From Ptychomitrium polyphyllum (Eukaryota): 64,000 nucleotides of DNA. This document shows positions 13,372 through 25,280 of the stretch, piece after piece. The notes under the pieces are model-generated. The model searched no databases and was not told where the DNA came from. It worked only from the letters and a program-made list of their open reading frames with translations. The position numbers were made by a program, and so were the translations under genes. The stretch spans positions 19,778,001 through 19,842,000 of the forward strand of contig OZ316775.1 of the NCBI GenBank assembly GCA_973851085.1. Reading direction: 5' to 3'. Numbering within the stretch: the first letter of the stretch is position 1; every line of letters begins with the position of its first letter.

Positions 13372-15168
13372 TCAACTCAAGAGGTAATCAACCTCGACTG
13401 GAATTTCCACCTTCTGCGCCCAAAAGTTCACAGCTTCTGCTTGCACTTCAATAGAAGATCCTCCGAAGAAGAGGGACACTCTTAGCTTTCGATCTATTCC
13501 CAATTCCATGCGCCCCGACACATCCATAAAAAATTCACCCTCTGGCTTCACCGAATCTCCAATAACGTATCTTGGATTCAATTCATCGGAACTGAAGAGA
13601 CGAAACCTGACGAATTTCTCACCATGGCCATATCGTGGACAGCATGTCTCGCTGAAGCAGTCGTCCACCTTCAGTTTGTCGCCCTTCCTAGCAAGGATCC
13701 GGAACCGGTTTATACAATACTCGACTCCGTCAATAATCTCCAAATATTCAAGAGGATCGATCTCTCGTTCAAAGAAATCGTAATTCTCAAAACCGTAGGT
13801 TCGCTTGCAAATCCTGGACACTAACGTGCCAGGGTTGAGTGCTAATGCGACAGCGCCCTGACAGACCGCGCTCCCCGGATTTGGAGGGCTAATGATGTGT
13901 TGTACTTGTCTTGAAAATCTTCTTCGGATGCCGTCTATGAGATATGGGGACTCGGCAAACCCACCAACCACAGCGAGAACCTTTACAGGAGCTCCAGCTT
14001 GCGCTAATTGCTTCGAGATCAGGTCCAAGTTTTGTTCTACAACGGGGTCGAAAATGGCTTGCATTTCCTCGTAGGTAATCTCAATCTCGTCATACGATGG
14101 CCTTGCAGGGGTAGGATCAGAGTTAGGGTTCTCGTGGTCGTAGCGCTCCCACTCGGTTGCTAATCTGTTGGGCACATCAATGTCGATGTTATCTCCCCTC
14201 GTTGACAAATGACCGAAGTTCGATTTCGTGTACTCCCATCCTCGAATCAGTTGCGCATAGATGTTGGGATGCTTGGCGACGCACTCCGGTAAACAGGGGC
14301 CAATTTTTCGGTGTAGAAAGTCCATGAACCGAGCATCTACGTACGTCCCGCCACACAAGCCTCCGGAGCTAGTGGTTACTTCTTTCACACTGTAGCTCTT
14401 CCCGATGCTCACAACCTCCTGGACGACAATGTCTGAGGTTCCACCACCGACGTCTGCCACCAACAATTTGTCGCCAACGTCGAGGATTTGCTCGTAGATG
14501 ACTTTGTGGCAATGGAAAGAAGCCGCCTCTGGCTCCAGAACGACGATCAATGGGTACGGACTCCCGTCCATCCCGTCCACTAACCCTGCAGATATCATGC
14601 AATGTTTCATCGTGGCCTTGGCGGAATTATCCCAAATAGATGGCACGGTCACGCACCACTGAATCAACTCTTTCGTGAAGTGAGCACCGTACTTATCTTT
14701 CATGTGCCTCAGGATTAGGACTCCCATCTCCCGCAGATAATCTGTGATCACTTGCTCTGCCATTAAACCTAGCGGAAGCGGCGATGCAGAGGATGTTCCC
14801 ATTTCTTTACTCGCCAAATGTAGCTTGAACCTTGAGAGGTATTTCCCAACAGTGGCCGGTGAGGGTGAGGAATCCACACTTGGTTTCGTATTCCGTTGCT
14901 TGTGAACTGCTTGAATGTCGCGTTCGTACTCCACCCGAGCAGGATAACCCCAGGACTTGAGCTGCCACTCTCCTTCTGCGCATTTGTAGTAGCTTGCTGT
15001 TAGGGTTTTGCAGTATGGCTTCTCCCCCGATCCCTTGGGGTAGTCGAAATAGCTGTAGACCATCTCTGAGTCTGGCGTGTGCGCGTAGGCAAACCCGGAG
15101 AATGTCGTCCCGAAGTCAAGGCCCACTATTACCCTAGGTTTTGAGAGATTGCTTCTTCGGTTCGCCAT
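13372..15168 (-). CDS. Atypical Hsp70-family ATPase (HSPA12-like), uninterrupted CDS, 598 aa
   Basis: Actin/Hsp70-fold motifs in order: VGLDFGTTFSGFAY (phosphate 1), WCVTVPSIW, VVLEPEAAS, VADVGGGTSD (phosphate 2), GGLCGGTYVDARF, VVGGFAESP (adenosine), AVCQGAV. The W-x-x-T-V-P-x-x-W, EPEAA and CG-x-x-x-V-D variants are typical of HSPA12-like proteins rather than DnaK/Hsc70. No EEVD or KDEL tail. An in-frame TGA two codons upstream fixes the ATG. Confidence 0.9.
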   Translation of the reverse strand: MANRRSNLSKPRVIVGLDFGTTFSGFAYAHTPDSEMVYSYFDYPKGSGEKPYCKTLTASYYKCAEGEWQLKSWGYPARVEYERDIQAVHKQRNTKPSVDSSPSPATVGKYLSRFKLHLASKEMGTSSASPLPLGLMAEQVITDYLREMGVLILRHMKDKYGAHFTKELIQWCVTVPSIWDNSAKATMKHCMISAGLVDGMDGSPYPLIVVLEPEAASFHCHKVIYEQILDVGDKLLVADVGGGTSDIVVQEVVSIGKSYSVKEVTTSSGGLCGGTYVDARFMDFLHRKIGPCLPECVAKHPNIYAQLIRGWEYTKSNFGHLSTRGDNIDIDVPNRLATEWERYDHENPNSDPTPARPSYDEIEITYEEMQAIFDPVVEQNLDLISKQLAQAGAPVKVLAVVGGFAESPYLIDGIRRRFSRQVQHIISPPNPGSAVCQGAVALALNPGTLVSRICKRTYGFENYDFFEREIDPLEYLEIIDGVEYCINRFRILARKGDKLKVDDCFSETCCPRYGHGEKFVRFRLFSSDELNPRYVIGDSVKPEGEFFMDVSGRMELGIDRKLRVSLFFGGSSIEVQAEAVNFWAQKVEIPVEVDYLLS

Positions 15169-15278
15169 CTTTCAGCTCCTTCTCTGCCTTTGCCTGTCTT
15201 GAAATGAGCACTTGTTTGCCAAGAGATGTTGCAATCCTCGAGGTTTTGCTGCCACAGCTGGAGCATGTCAGCTCATAC

Positions 15279-16253
15279 CTGAACGCAAAAACAAACAGTA
15301 AGTTCATTGAAAGACTTCAATGTCAAACGATGTCATGTGAAGATGAGGCTGCCTCATGATAGAATTGAAACTCGGACCTTGTATTTGGACCTCTCATGCG
15401 ATGCTACCATGTGGGCAATTACATCAACGAAGTTGAATACGATAAGGGAATTAGATTACAGTCTAAACACACACGAGTGCGTTCCATTTGCACAGTAGAA
15501 CCCTAATCGGTAATGAACTCAACCAGCAAAGTTGTGACAAAGTTGCCGTCTCTGGTGCAGGTGACAAAGCTGAGGACATGCTCGAGAGAAAGAAGGAAGT
15601 AGCATCGAACACCGACCTTTATGAACATTCATAACACTACCTTATTATCCAACACACCGCACAAGCAACACAACCACAGAGACAATCACACCGTATTGCA
15701 AAATTCAAGCCAGCAAAGCTTTTGAAGCTCGAAGTAAGCAAGACAAACGACCAGAGTAATCAATGTTGCCAGGACAACCTAAACCCTAATATGGACAAAC
15801 TCAAACAAAAACAACCGGACAACACGACTCAAAAATCACCTGATTACAGCCTCGACCATTCGTTCCTCTTTCAAGTGCCGAATTCATCACAACAAATTCA
15901 CCGATCACTCGCAGACAACAAGTTCAAACTCAAAACTACTCAAAATGGAGCACGAACTTAGTAGCGAAACGAGAAAAGCAGATGTAAGGCACTCACTGGA
16001 GCCATCCCCACGAGAAGAACCCTTCGCCATTCCGCAAGAGCACACACAACATCTCCCCACCTCCAGTGCAAGAAACCTCACCATGCAATCAGCTTCACAG
16101 ACGCATAACTTCTACCGACAGAAGATCAGCTTCAATCCTGTCGAGACCATGGATCACCATTAATAAGAACCCCCAGCACGGCCCAACAACTCTGTTTCCC
16201 CATCTGTGTGCCCATCCAGCTCGGCAGACAAATCGCCCTCAAACCACCACTAC
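15279..16253 (-). other. Probable 5'-UTR intron of the HSPA12-like gene
   Basis: Donor CAG|GTAGTG at 16253 and acceptor TTTTTGCGTTCAG| ending at 15279. The interval is G/T-rich on the minus strand. Additional leader exons cannot be excluded. Confidence 0.45.
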
Positions 16254-19139
16254 CTGCAGACACACACAGATCTAGATAGTCGGCAACTCCACCGCCGAAC
16301 GTCTGGCTGATCGAAATCACTCTCCCTCACTTAAAAAACGGGGAAACTTGAAGGTCGTCCCTTGGCAACTGAGTGGTAAAGTTAACCATGACATGATCCC
16401 ATGACATGATTGGATGACCTGGAGGGTGTGTTCCCACCCTATAGTGTATAGTGTAACCAGAAGATGTTTTTAATAGATACCAATACTTGAAGGCAAGTAC
16501 CCAGGAGTTATTTTCTTTTAGCATGAATGTTAGAAGTTTATTCGGTTTTAGGTGGTTACCAACTTTTGAGTTTTGTGGTCTATTTGTTGATAGATTAATG
16601 AGTGAATATTTTGTGTAAACGGTTTAGGTTTGAATTCTTGTAGGTGTGTATGAGCTTGTGTGAATATGTAGTGGTTTGGCACTAGTGATTGTTTGTACCA
16701 ATTAATATGCTGCTTTTTGAACTTGTGACAATTTTTTTAAATTTGTGACAACATGTTTAAAATGTATGACAATGTGTTTTGAGTGCATGATAAAGTGGAT
16801 GTGCTTCTACCACTCAACTTTTGTTCTAATTTATGATAACTTAATAGATTATATAAAAGCTAGTTTTTTTTAAAGATTTTAATAGAAAAATATGGATATG
16901 GCATGGTATATAGCATTGAATTAATGTCTTTGAACATGTTTTTAATAAATGTCTTATAAAACCTTCAAAGAATCATTGGCTCTTATTATTATAAATGGTA
17001 TAAGACTTTTCAACAAAGACATGGATAAGTTATTAATTTCTATTTAAGCAATTGGAATAAATAAAAGTCATTTTGCTCTAGGGATTAGTAAGCATTTTTT
17101 AGTGCAAGAAAATAGGCCAATACAACTTAGATAGAAGTAGAGTGTGTTTCATGTCTTTTCAACAAAATATATCTTATCAATAAATTAATAAGGTACCATA
17201 ACTTATCTACTTGATTTTTTAAAATTAAGATGCCATGATATACTTAATTTTTAAAAACTTTGTAGTATTTAGACCTAAGCTTTAGTCACTAATGATAAGA
17301 ATGACTTGAATAATGATCATTGGCTTGTTATTAAGGTTGTAGTAAGATGATGGTTGCAATAGGGACTTGGCATTGGCATTCTTGACGTTCATATTAATGT
17401 GTGAGAAACTTCACTAAACGTAGAAGGAAATGGTTTTAGAAATTAGGATTCTTTTAAAGTTTTAACATTCATAATTAAAGCTTATTAGGAAAATTGTACA
17501 AGGTTTGTTGGAATAGATTTAATATTTTACACACAAGATTAGATTGGTGTACAATTATGTTGGTGTACAATTATAGAGTGCGATTAGTAAAATCATTTAG
17601 TAAATAAAAAAATTCTATAGAAAATAAATTAATTTCATTTCTTCTTTTTTGTCAAATAAATTATAGAATGCTACAACATTCTACTACTATATATAAAAAG
17701 CAATAATTTTATTTGGATATTTTTTATTTTTTAGCTTAAATAACTTATGGTCATCATCTATAGACTAAATAATAAGTAAAATATGGAAGTTTTAAGCTAA
17801 TTATGTTCTAATATCTATTTCAAACATTTTTAAAATTTCAATTAAAAAAATACAAGATTTTAAAATAATACATGCAAACTTCTATATTGTAAAAAAACAC
17901 TTGAAGATGGAAGTAATAGGTTCTAGATTTCTACCATATAATTATTCAAAGTTTTTTTTGCAATAGATGTATATCAATTTTGAATTCATTTCATATAGTT
18001 AGTTTATAAATATTTGCCATGGCATTGGAATTTTTAAAGAGATATGAATCTATACAACTTAATTGCTTGCAAGTGAGCTTTTTTTAAAAATGAATGAAGT
18101 AATTATGATTTTAAAAAGCTTCATATATATAAATCATACTATTAAATGAATAATAAATCACTTAATTTAAAATAAGACACAATACTAGCACCCATTATAT
18201 AATGAAATTAATTATTTAATTGGTTTTTATTCATAATGCAATAGTTTCATTTAATAATCAAAAATTTCAAAATTTCATTTTATAATCATATTTTTGTGTT
18301 TTGTAATAACAACTGTTGCATCCAATTATGACCTTTTGTTCTATATTATTTTTAAAAAAATAAAAAATTAATTGAAATAAGCAAAGATGTGAATGAGGTG
18401 GATGAATAGGTTTATAGATGTACATGAATAAATAAACATTGAGTTGGAAAAATGAGTATATTTGATAAATGTAGATTAATATTGGTAAATTTTCAATGTA
18501 AAAATAAATGGAAATGTGAATGGATAAATGGAAAGAAAGAAGAAGGCACAAATTATTTAGATTGCATTGTAGTAAAAGTTTAATTATTCATTAATGGACT
18601 TTCTTCCATTATATAAATTAACTTGGCCATTTGAACAAAATCACATTTGGTCTTCAAAGAAAATGTCACATGAAAATGTGATGTTTGCACAAATATATAT
18701 TACAATGAAATTATTGCATAGTGAGATAAAATCAGTCAATCAAATTGATGTGCATATCTGAATAAGATGCACAAATAACAACACTTTCCTTTCCTCTTCA
18801 ATGTGATTATGTGCCTACTCCTTTGAAAATGGCATGATGGTCTATAAATGAAGTGCAAAAGGAAAGAAAACTTTCTCCCTGTTTAGTTTTTATTTAATTA
18901 AAAGGCAAATCAGTAAATCTCTGGCTAGACTAAAATAATCATTAAAAAGAATTAGGAGCTCAAAACTATTTCTAAACATTAGGAAAAAAATTCCACAACT
19001 TAGGTCCTGAGTTCCTAGGTTGTTCCTCTTCCAGCAAGGAACCTCATCGCTAAGAAAAGATGCCATGCACCTAAGGAGACGAAAATCCAAAACTTTTCAT
19101 AATCCTAATTTATTTGACTCTCCACTCTCTACATGCCAT

Positions 19140-22100
19140 TTAGAGAAACATAGAACTATGACGGAATGCACATTGAGAGCAGTGCTCGTCTTCTTTTGTA
19201 TCACCTCCAAAGTAATCACAAGCGTTGCATATAGATGGTGGAGGGGGTGGCGTTGGATTTTTCCTCTTTGCCTCTGCTGCTAACCTTCTCCGTTCTGCCT
19301 CTTCTGCAATTATGATCTCCATAATATCAACTGGTGGATCCGTCCAAAACCGCAGAATAGGATCTTCAAAAAGAGCCTTCACCTTCCGAACGAACTTCAC
19401 ATTCTCTTTTCCGGCTCTAAATCAGCACAACAGATAATATAAGTGCAATTAGTTGTTCAGTATAGGCATGTATCCAAAATTCAGACGAGTCAACCTCGTC
19501 AACATGTCTAGGCGATTGAAAGGCTCCAGGGCCACTCGAGAATGGCATCGCATGTAATATCAAAGATGAAGAATTAAATTTTTTTTATCTAAGGTTCTGA
19601 AGCATACGGTATATGGTAATCAACCGGCTTCACTTTGGGCGGTGGAGTCTTTCCTCTCACCCTCCTATGCCAGGCTCTTAACCTATCTATGCCTTCCGTA
19701 TTCATCCGGTAATTCCACCTTGAATGTTCCTTCTCCAACTCCAAGCTACACACACACAAAATACATTTTGAAAATCAGTTGACAGCTTTCCAATGGAGTT
19801 CAATGTTATGGAGTCGTCCATTATGTATCATTTTCAATAATCAGTTACACCATGATACATACCGTTCTGCAGCCTTAAATGCGACAATTTCAGGATCCTC
19901 CGGGCTGGAATTGGTGTACCAAGGGATTAATTGACGCTTCTCTGTTTCCGTCCATCGCCACCTTGTGTTCTGTCGGCCGTGCTGTAATACACATGAAATT
20001 CCAATTAATGAGCTTCTGCTCTGAGACTTCACTTTAGCGGTAACTTTCTGAACGATTTCAGAAGTTTGACGGGATGCAAAATGGATATTAGTATCTAACT
20101 GATAGGAAACAGTGTGCTTCATTAACCAGATCAATAATTCAAGAAGTGACTGTTGTATGATAGTCATGCAAGTGCAAGAATAATCTGAAACACAATACTG
20201 AAGTCTATTCTATTCTGTGAGCTGAAAATGACCAACTGAACTCATCCTGAACCCATTTGGATTTGTTAAGCCTCTACAACCACTGGCTCGTTAATTTCGA
20301 CAGATTTCTTACATAGGGAAAGTTCTACGTGAAGAATCAGTTCTTTTGCCAAAACTTCTGTTGCAGCTACGGAGGTGACACAACAGAGGTATAATTCAGT
20401 TTCTAGCAACAATAATCTATGCGTGAGCATTGTTGCATTCGCTCATACACCAATATGATTAGTTGGTTTCAGATTCCCCTTCTTGATATGAGATCTAGCT
20501 CCAACATTTATAGGAAGTTGTTGACTTGGCTTTGAGAGTCCTGACACATGGGATTTGCTTGGACTTGGAGTCTGAAAAGAAATAATCTAACTGAGTCAAG
20601 CTTAGAACGTTACATACAAATGGAGTCATTGCATTTCATTCCACTGAATTTTGGATTCTTCTCTTCACTACTAAAGATGAAGATTGATTAAGACACTCTG
20701 TTAAAACTATATGCCTTAGAAAGTGTCTTAATCAACCCTTGTTTTTGATAGTGCTAGGTCAGAATGCTCATTTTGACTGAGAAAACTGTTACATAGTTTC
20801 TCGCTCACAGTATCTAATTCCGGAATATCATGAAGTACCGACATGAATAACATCCCTTGAAGGCTTCTAGACCTCTTATTACAGGGGTCAACATTGGCTG
20901 CAACGCAGCTTAATAATTCTCGTTCAAAGTTTCAGCGACACATATGAATGCAGTTGAAAGAATGAGAAGAAGTAAGGATATGCGTACCTTTTTCATAGGC
21001 AGATAGAAGTTCCTGTCAACACGAATCTTCGGAAGTTTGGGGAGGAAGTAGCACTGCAGCCTTCGAAGCTCCGGCATCAAAAATAGGTTAGTGATTGTAC
21101 ACGTGTTGTTCAGCAAGAAATGGCCATCCTCTCTGTTATAGAAAGGTCTAAGTGCGTGTAACTTCATCCCAGAAGGATCCCACCTTCTCGGTGGCTTCAG
21201 ATTAAATTGGTTTGGGTCCTTCATGTAGTACCACATAAATTCATGTGCCTTCTTGGCCTGCGAAATGAATTCCCAAATTAAACCATCAGATCTGAGCTTG
21301 CGTAGCAAGTATCTGATTGCATTCTTTTCACGACAGAACCGAAAGTTGCTTCTCGATATAGAAACGAAGTATTTCTAGACCAAGTCTAATCCTCTGGAAG
21401 CTATCCTGCCTCATGAAATCGGCTACAGCACAAAATTTCTCTTCAACTCGAAACTGGATTTCACTAGCAAGCTTTAATGGTGCCAACACTTTCCTCATTG
21501 ACAAAACAGACTAATTCGATCCAACACGACGCTCAAGGTCCAATCCTTTGTGTAGCGCTTCTCCATTAACCATGACATGCTTAATCATTAGATATTCATT
21601 ACGATCTTTCGACACAAATAGATTTTTTTGAAACAAATGAAAGCAAGCTTCATTGCAGAAACTGACCAACACAAAGTCAAACCAAAACCCGAAGCGAAGA
21701 TCGACACAAACAGATGGTTGACACAGATTGGTAAACACCTTGACGACAAAGACCTTGGAAAGGTAATTTTGCGGTTCACATGACTGGTACCGTTACTGAA
21801 TCACTATGCTCGTGTGTGATTAGCTTACAAACTCAGCTTAAAGGTATCTAAACATGCAGTCATTGCGACTCGTAAAGAAAAACAAATCACGACTAGGAAA
21901 GCAAAGATGTCTGCAGAGGATGAAACGATTTACACACCTGAGCGGATCTTCCGAACTGAAGGTCCCCACACACGCGTTCGTGGGGCTTGTAAGTGGTCCG
22001 CCCCGCACATGCTCTGCCGACAGTGCTCTTGACAGGGGACTTCTGCCTTCGTACATGCTCCGACACCGCACCATCTGGCCAGGGAGGATTCTTAGAGCAA

Positions 22101-22342
22101 TCTCGGAATCCTGGGTAAGCACCATAGCGAAACTGGTAGTTCTTGAATTTCGGCAAGTACTGCGGCTCGGGTAGACGTTCCTTGCCTCCATACCATGTCG
22201 GACGCTCCGGCATTCGAGGATCTCGTTCATAAGGTGCATCGAAAGGGGTGGACGGTGCACATATTGGCGCTGCACTCGGCAAACTCCCTGGCATTGTGGA
22301 GTCCCTCTTCGACGTCGCTGGCGACCTGCACCTGGAACTCAT
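19140..22342 (-). CDS. Multi-exon orphan protein of unknown function (Pro/Arg/Trp-rich, C-terminal CxxC...CxxC)
   Basis: Phase-compatible GT-AG exons: 22342-21938 (MSSRCR...FGRSAQ), 21257-20988 (AKKAHEFMWYY...YLPMKK), 19981-19863 (HGRQNTRWRW...), 19745-19608 (LELEKEHSRWNYRMNTEG...), 19416-19140 (AGKENVKFVRKV...CNAC...CSQC...FL*). Middle candidate exons starting near 20897, 20571 and 20365 could not be phased unambiguously. Confidence 0.55.
20666..20753. repeat. 88-bp fold-back element with CACTA...TAGTG ends (mini-CACTA/MITE or pre-miRNA-like)
   Basis: Perfect 14-bp inverted repeat TTGATTAAGACACT (20684-20697) / AGTGTCTTAATCAA (20722-20735). It extends outward imperfectly to CACTA (20666) and TAGTG (20753). 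Flanks are CTT and CTA. Confidence 0.55.
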
Positions 22343-22497
22343 CGCCCATTAAATCGGATACAATTATCCAAACTACTGCACGAGCTTCTGCGAAACGTAA
22401 CTTTGATGTGAGAGATACAAGTTCTGCCCCATTCAGCACCCGCAGCTTTTATTCTCTGGTATTGTAACACAACGTTGATATATCCTGCTCTCGTTGC

Positions 22498-23241
22498 ATG
22501 AGACTCACGTCAGAAATTGGAATTTTGAGATTAATAGAAGTAGTCTATATGTCACCTTCCACATATGACAAGCAGCTGGGTAGAATGTTGGAGGTGGTGG
22601 CTTGTGGTCTTGCACCGCTTGGAGTGGTGCAAATCAGTCTGCAACGAATCAACAGTAAGCTGGGTGAGGAAACCCTTCATCTTGACAGCCAACTTGAACT
22701 TAAGTTTGCAGAGACCTCGAAGAATGAGGTCTTTGAGAGGTTACTCATTGTGGATACGATGGAGCATGAATTTAAGTGATGATTCTACAAACTACTTACC
22801 AGCTGGTGCTCGAACAATTTATCAACTCATAGCTGAAACTGAACGTGACATTGGGAGACGTCACAGACCTATTCATTAAGTCGTGTCTAAGCAGCGATTC
22901 CGCTACAGAAATGACTCTTGCAACGAGACCAGTAAAGGCAAGACACAGTTGCATTCTTACAAATGCAAGGTCATTGTAAAACATAGGTGCGATTGTGGTC
23001 GGGTATAGAGAAGTTGGCTGGCTCATTATTGTAGCGAAACAGCTGAACACACCAGCTAAATCTGACGAAAAGTCGAATATTTGAAGCCACGATGAGTACT
23101 GTTTCTCTCGTTTTGATTAGAGCGTTGAACGGGGACTCGCATGCATTGATGGAGGAGCGGAAACGGTGGAGACATGAAGCGACACATTATATGATTATAT
23201 TTTTGGGACTATATCACCAAGTCGGCAGTTATGACCAGTTG
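22498..23241 (+). pseudogene. Decayed multi-exon gene fragment of unknown family, divergent to the orphan gene
   Basis: Exon-like blocks with good splice sites: donor GTAAGC at ~22655, and exon ~23111-23241 (ALNGDSHALMEERKRWRHEATHYMIIFLGLYHQVGSYDQL|GTAAGT). Stops or frameshifts lie between the blocks. Confidence 0.25.
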
Positions 23242-23984
23242 GTAAGTTTTGTGCAAAGCAAATCTAACTTAGATAGTCTGCTAACAACAGTGTACTTGGA
23301 ACTTCTGAAACATATGTATTCTGGAATAAAGGAGTGAGAGTCCTTTTGTAACCGCAAAGATGAACTTAGTGAGTTCGTTCAGCAATCTGCATTTCGCTGT
23401 TCAGTGTAAAACGTGCCATTGCTTTGCCTTATGATGTGGAAGAAGTTGAAGTCAGATCACGTGAACGTCCCCTCCGAATGTGCAGAAAACGATTATTTTG
23501 TGTGTGCACTATGTAGAACCGTCACGATTAAAGAAGATCCAGTGGTAGGCACGCTCCATTTCAGATAAAAATAAGTTCTTTCGATGTTTGATCATTTATT
23601 GATCTGGAAGACAGCCTCACCTAAAACGTTATTATCACAAATATAAGAGCGAAACGGTAAATCTTAATTATGTTCAATAGCTCATTTTGAGAATAACAAG
23701 TTCAGTCTGTTTTCACTCAGATTACCACACTCGTTGTGATCCTCTCTGTTTTAGTTGAGTTCGCTTTCTCCTCTAAACATTTACAAGGGTATCACGATTA
23801 GCTTGGTTGCATTCTCAATAAAATAGTGTTGCATTCTGGACTACTGTATTCAAACGCAAAGTAGTGGAAGATTTATGTACCGGTATGGCAGATTGGATTA
23901 TCATGGGCATGATTGGATCCAGCAAGCTGCTTCTATGCAGCCTATTGGATCGAGAATGTAGCTTTTTGTAGCTATGTGAGGTCA

Positions 23985-25280
23985 AGGATACTAGTGTCCT
24001 GGTCTGAGATGCTCTGTAACAAATATTAGATGCTCTGTAACAGTTCCAGTATTAGTCTTTGAGGCACCTGAAACTGTGCTCAGGCTGGACAGTTTGGAGA
24101 TGAGCTCTTTAACAAACGTGGAGCAATCAACCTGCCTAGCTAAGCTTATTATAAAGTTTTTGTAAACCAAGTCCTCAGAACTAGTAGCATTTAAAACGTC
24201 TTATTCCATTGTTTCTAGCGAAGGAACCCATAATATAATTTCGATGCAGGAAAGGGAATTGTAAGGAAATTATGTATTTGAGAGCCACTCTTGAAATTGA
24301 ACGTTAGATCGGAGATTTGTCCTTATGCTCGGAAGTGATTCCAATCTGCTATTGAGAGATTCAGTGAAGAACGGGAAAGAAGGTGTTTTAATCTAAGAAT
24401 TTAGAACTTTGAACAATAATAGCTCCAAAATGCAAGAGTATGAGCTGACGCGCCAGCAGGATGGTCGTCTGGTGATTTGTAGCAGTGTTTCGGGTGTAGT
24501 TTAGTGGAACGTCAGCACCCTCCTTAGAGCTGATTTTGTGAGCTGGATCCTCGGACTGAGGCAGACGATGGATGTTTAAGCATCTCTGACATTAAGGATT
24601 TCAGCAATGGCTTGTGGACCAACACTCATCCCAACAAAGCAGCAGAACCACCACTTGGATTGTAGTTAGTGTGGTCGTGGGAGTCTCTGTACTGGCCATT
24701 TTTGGTTCAGCAGATTTCTACTTTTATGCTCGGACTTGAGTAAGCATCATCTTGCTTTCTCAAGATTCATCTCAATCTGGGTTGTGTTCAACTCCTCCAT
24801 AGACATTAATCTTATTGAGTGCAGGTTTAGAATCCACATGCTAAGAGAATAGTTGCATTATGTCCTGTTTACCAATTTTGGGAACAATATAGAGTCTGGT
24901 GGATTGAGTTGTGGTGTGTTCTATGACAAGCTTCCAAACGGGCAAGAGATTGCAGCAAACTTGTTGTCGGCGGAATCACATCAGATAAAAGCAGGAATTC
25001 TGCAATGAGGTGGGTGTTCCGTAGACATTGGCTTCATGTACTGTTGATAAATGTAGATCAATCCTTATTATCGGACGATGATACCATGATATCTGAACTT
25101 GCTAATTCTCTTCAATTCTTAAAATCTCATTTGTTCTAACATGGTCAAAATTTTGATATATAGAGCTACTGTCGGCGATGCGTCACAATTATCTGGTGTC
25201 TCTTTTGGGGGACAGGTGCACTCGGAAGCTTCAGGTTTTAGATACATGAGTAGAGGTGACCTACACAAACTGCAAGGGGT
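23985..25280 (+). pseudogene. LRR receptor-like kinase pseudogene
   Basis: Ordered remnants: LRRNT-like SWSEMLCN (~24000); TM-like VVSVVVGVSVLAIFGSADFYFY (~24662); kinase subdomains I-III TNFGNNIESGGLSCGVFYDKLPNGQEIAANLLSAESHQ/frameshift/KQEFCNE|GT (24871-25009); then ELLSAMRHNYLVSLLG...YMSRGDL (~25163-25265). The invariant Lys is lost (IAVK to IAAN), frameshifts are present, and the rest of the kinase is absent. Confidence 0.8.

Noticed and set aside
13297..14602. Short antisense and alternative-frame ORFs over the Hsp70-like CDS (similar ones lie over the PKS, ENR and PIFI)
   Set aside because: These are shadow ORFs of real coding sequence with no independent motifs.
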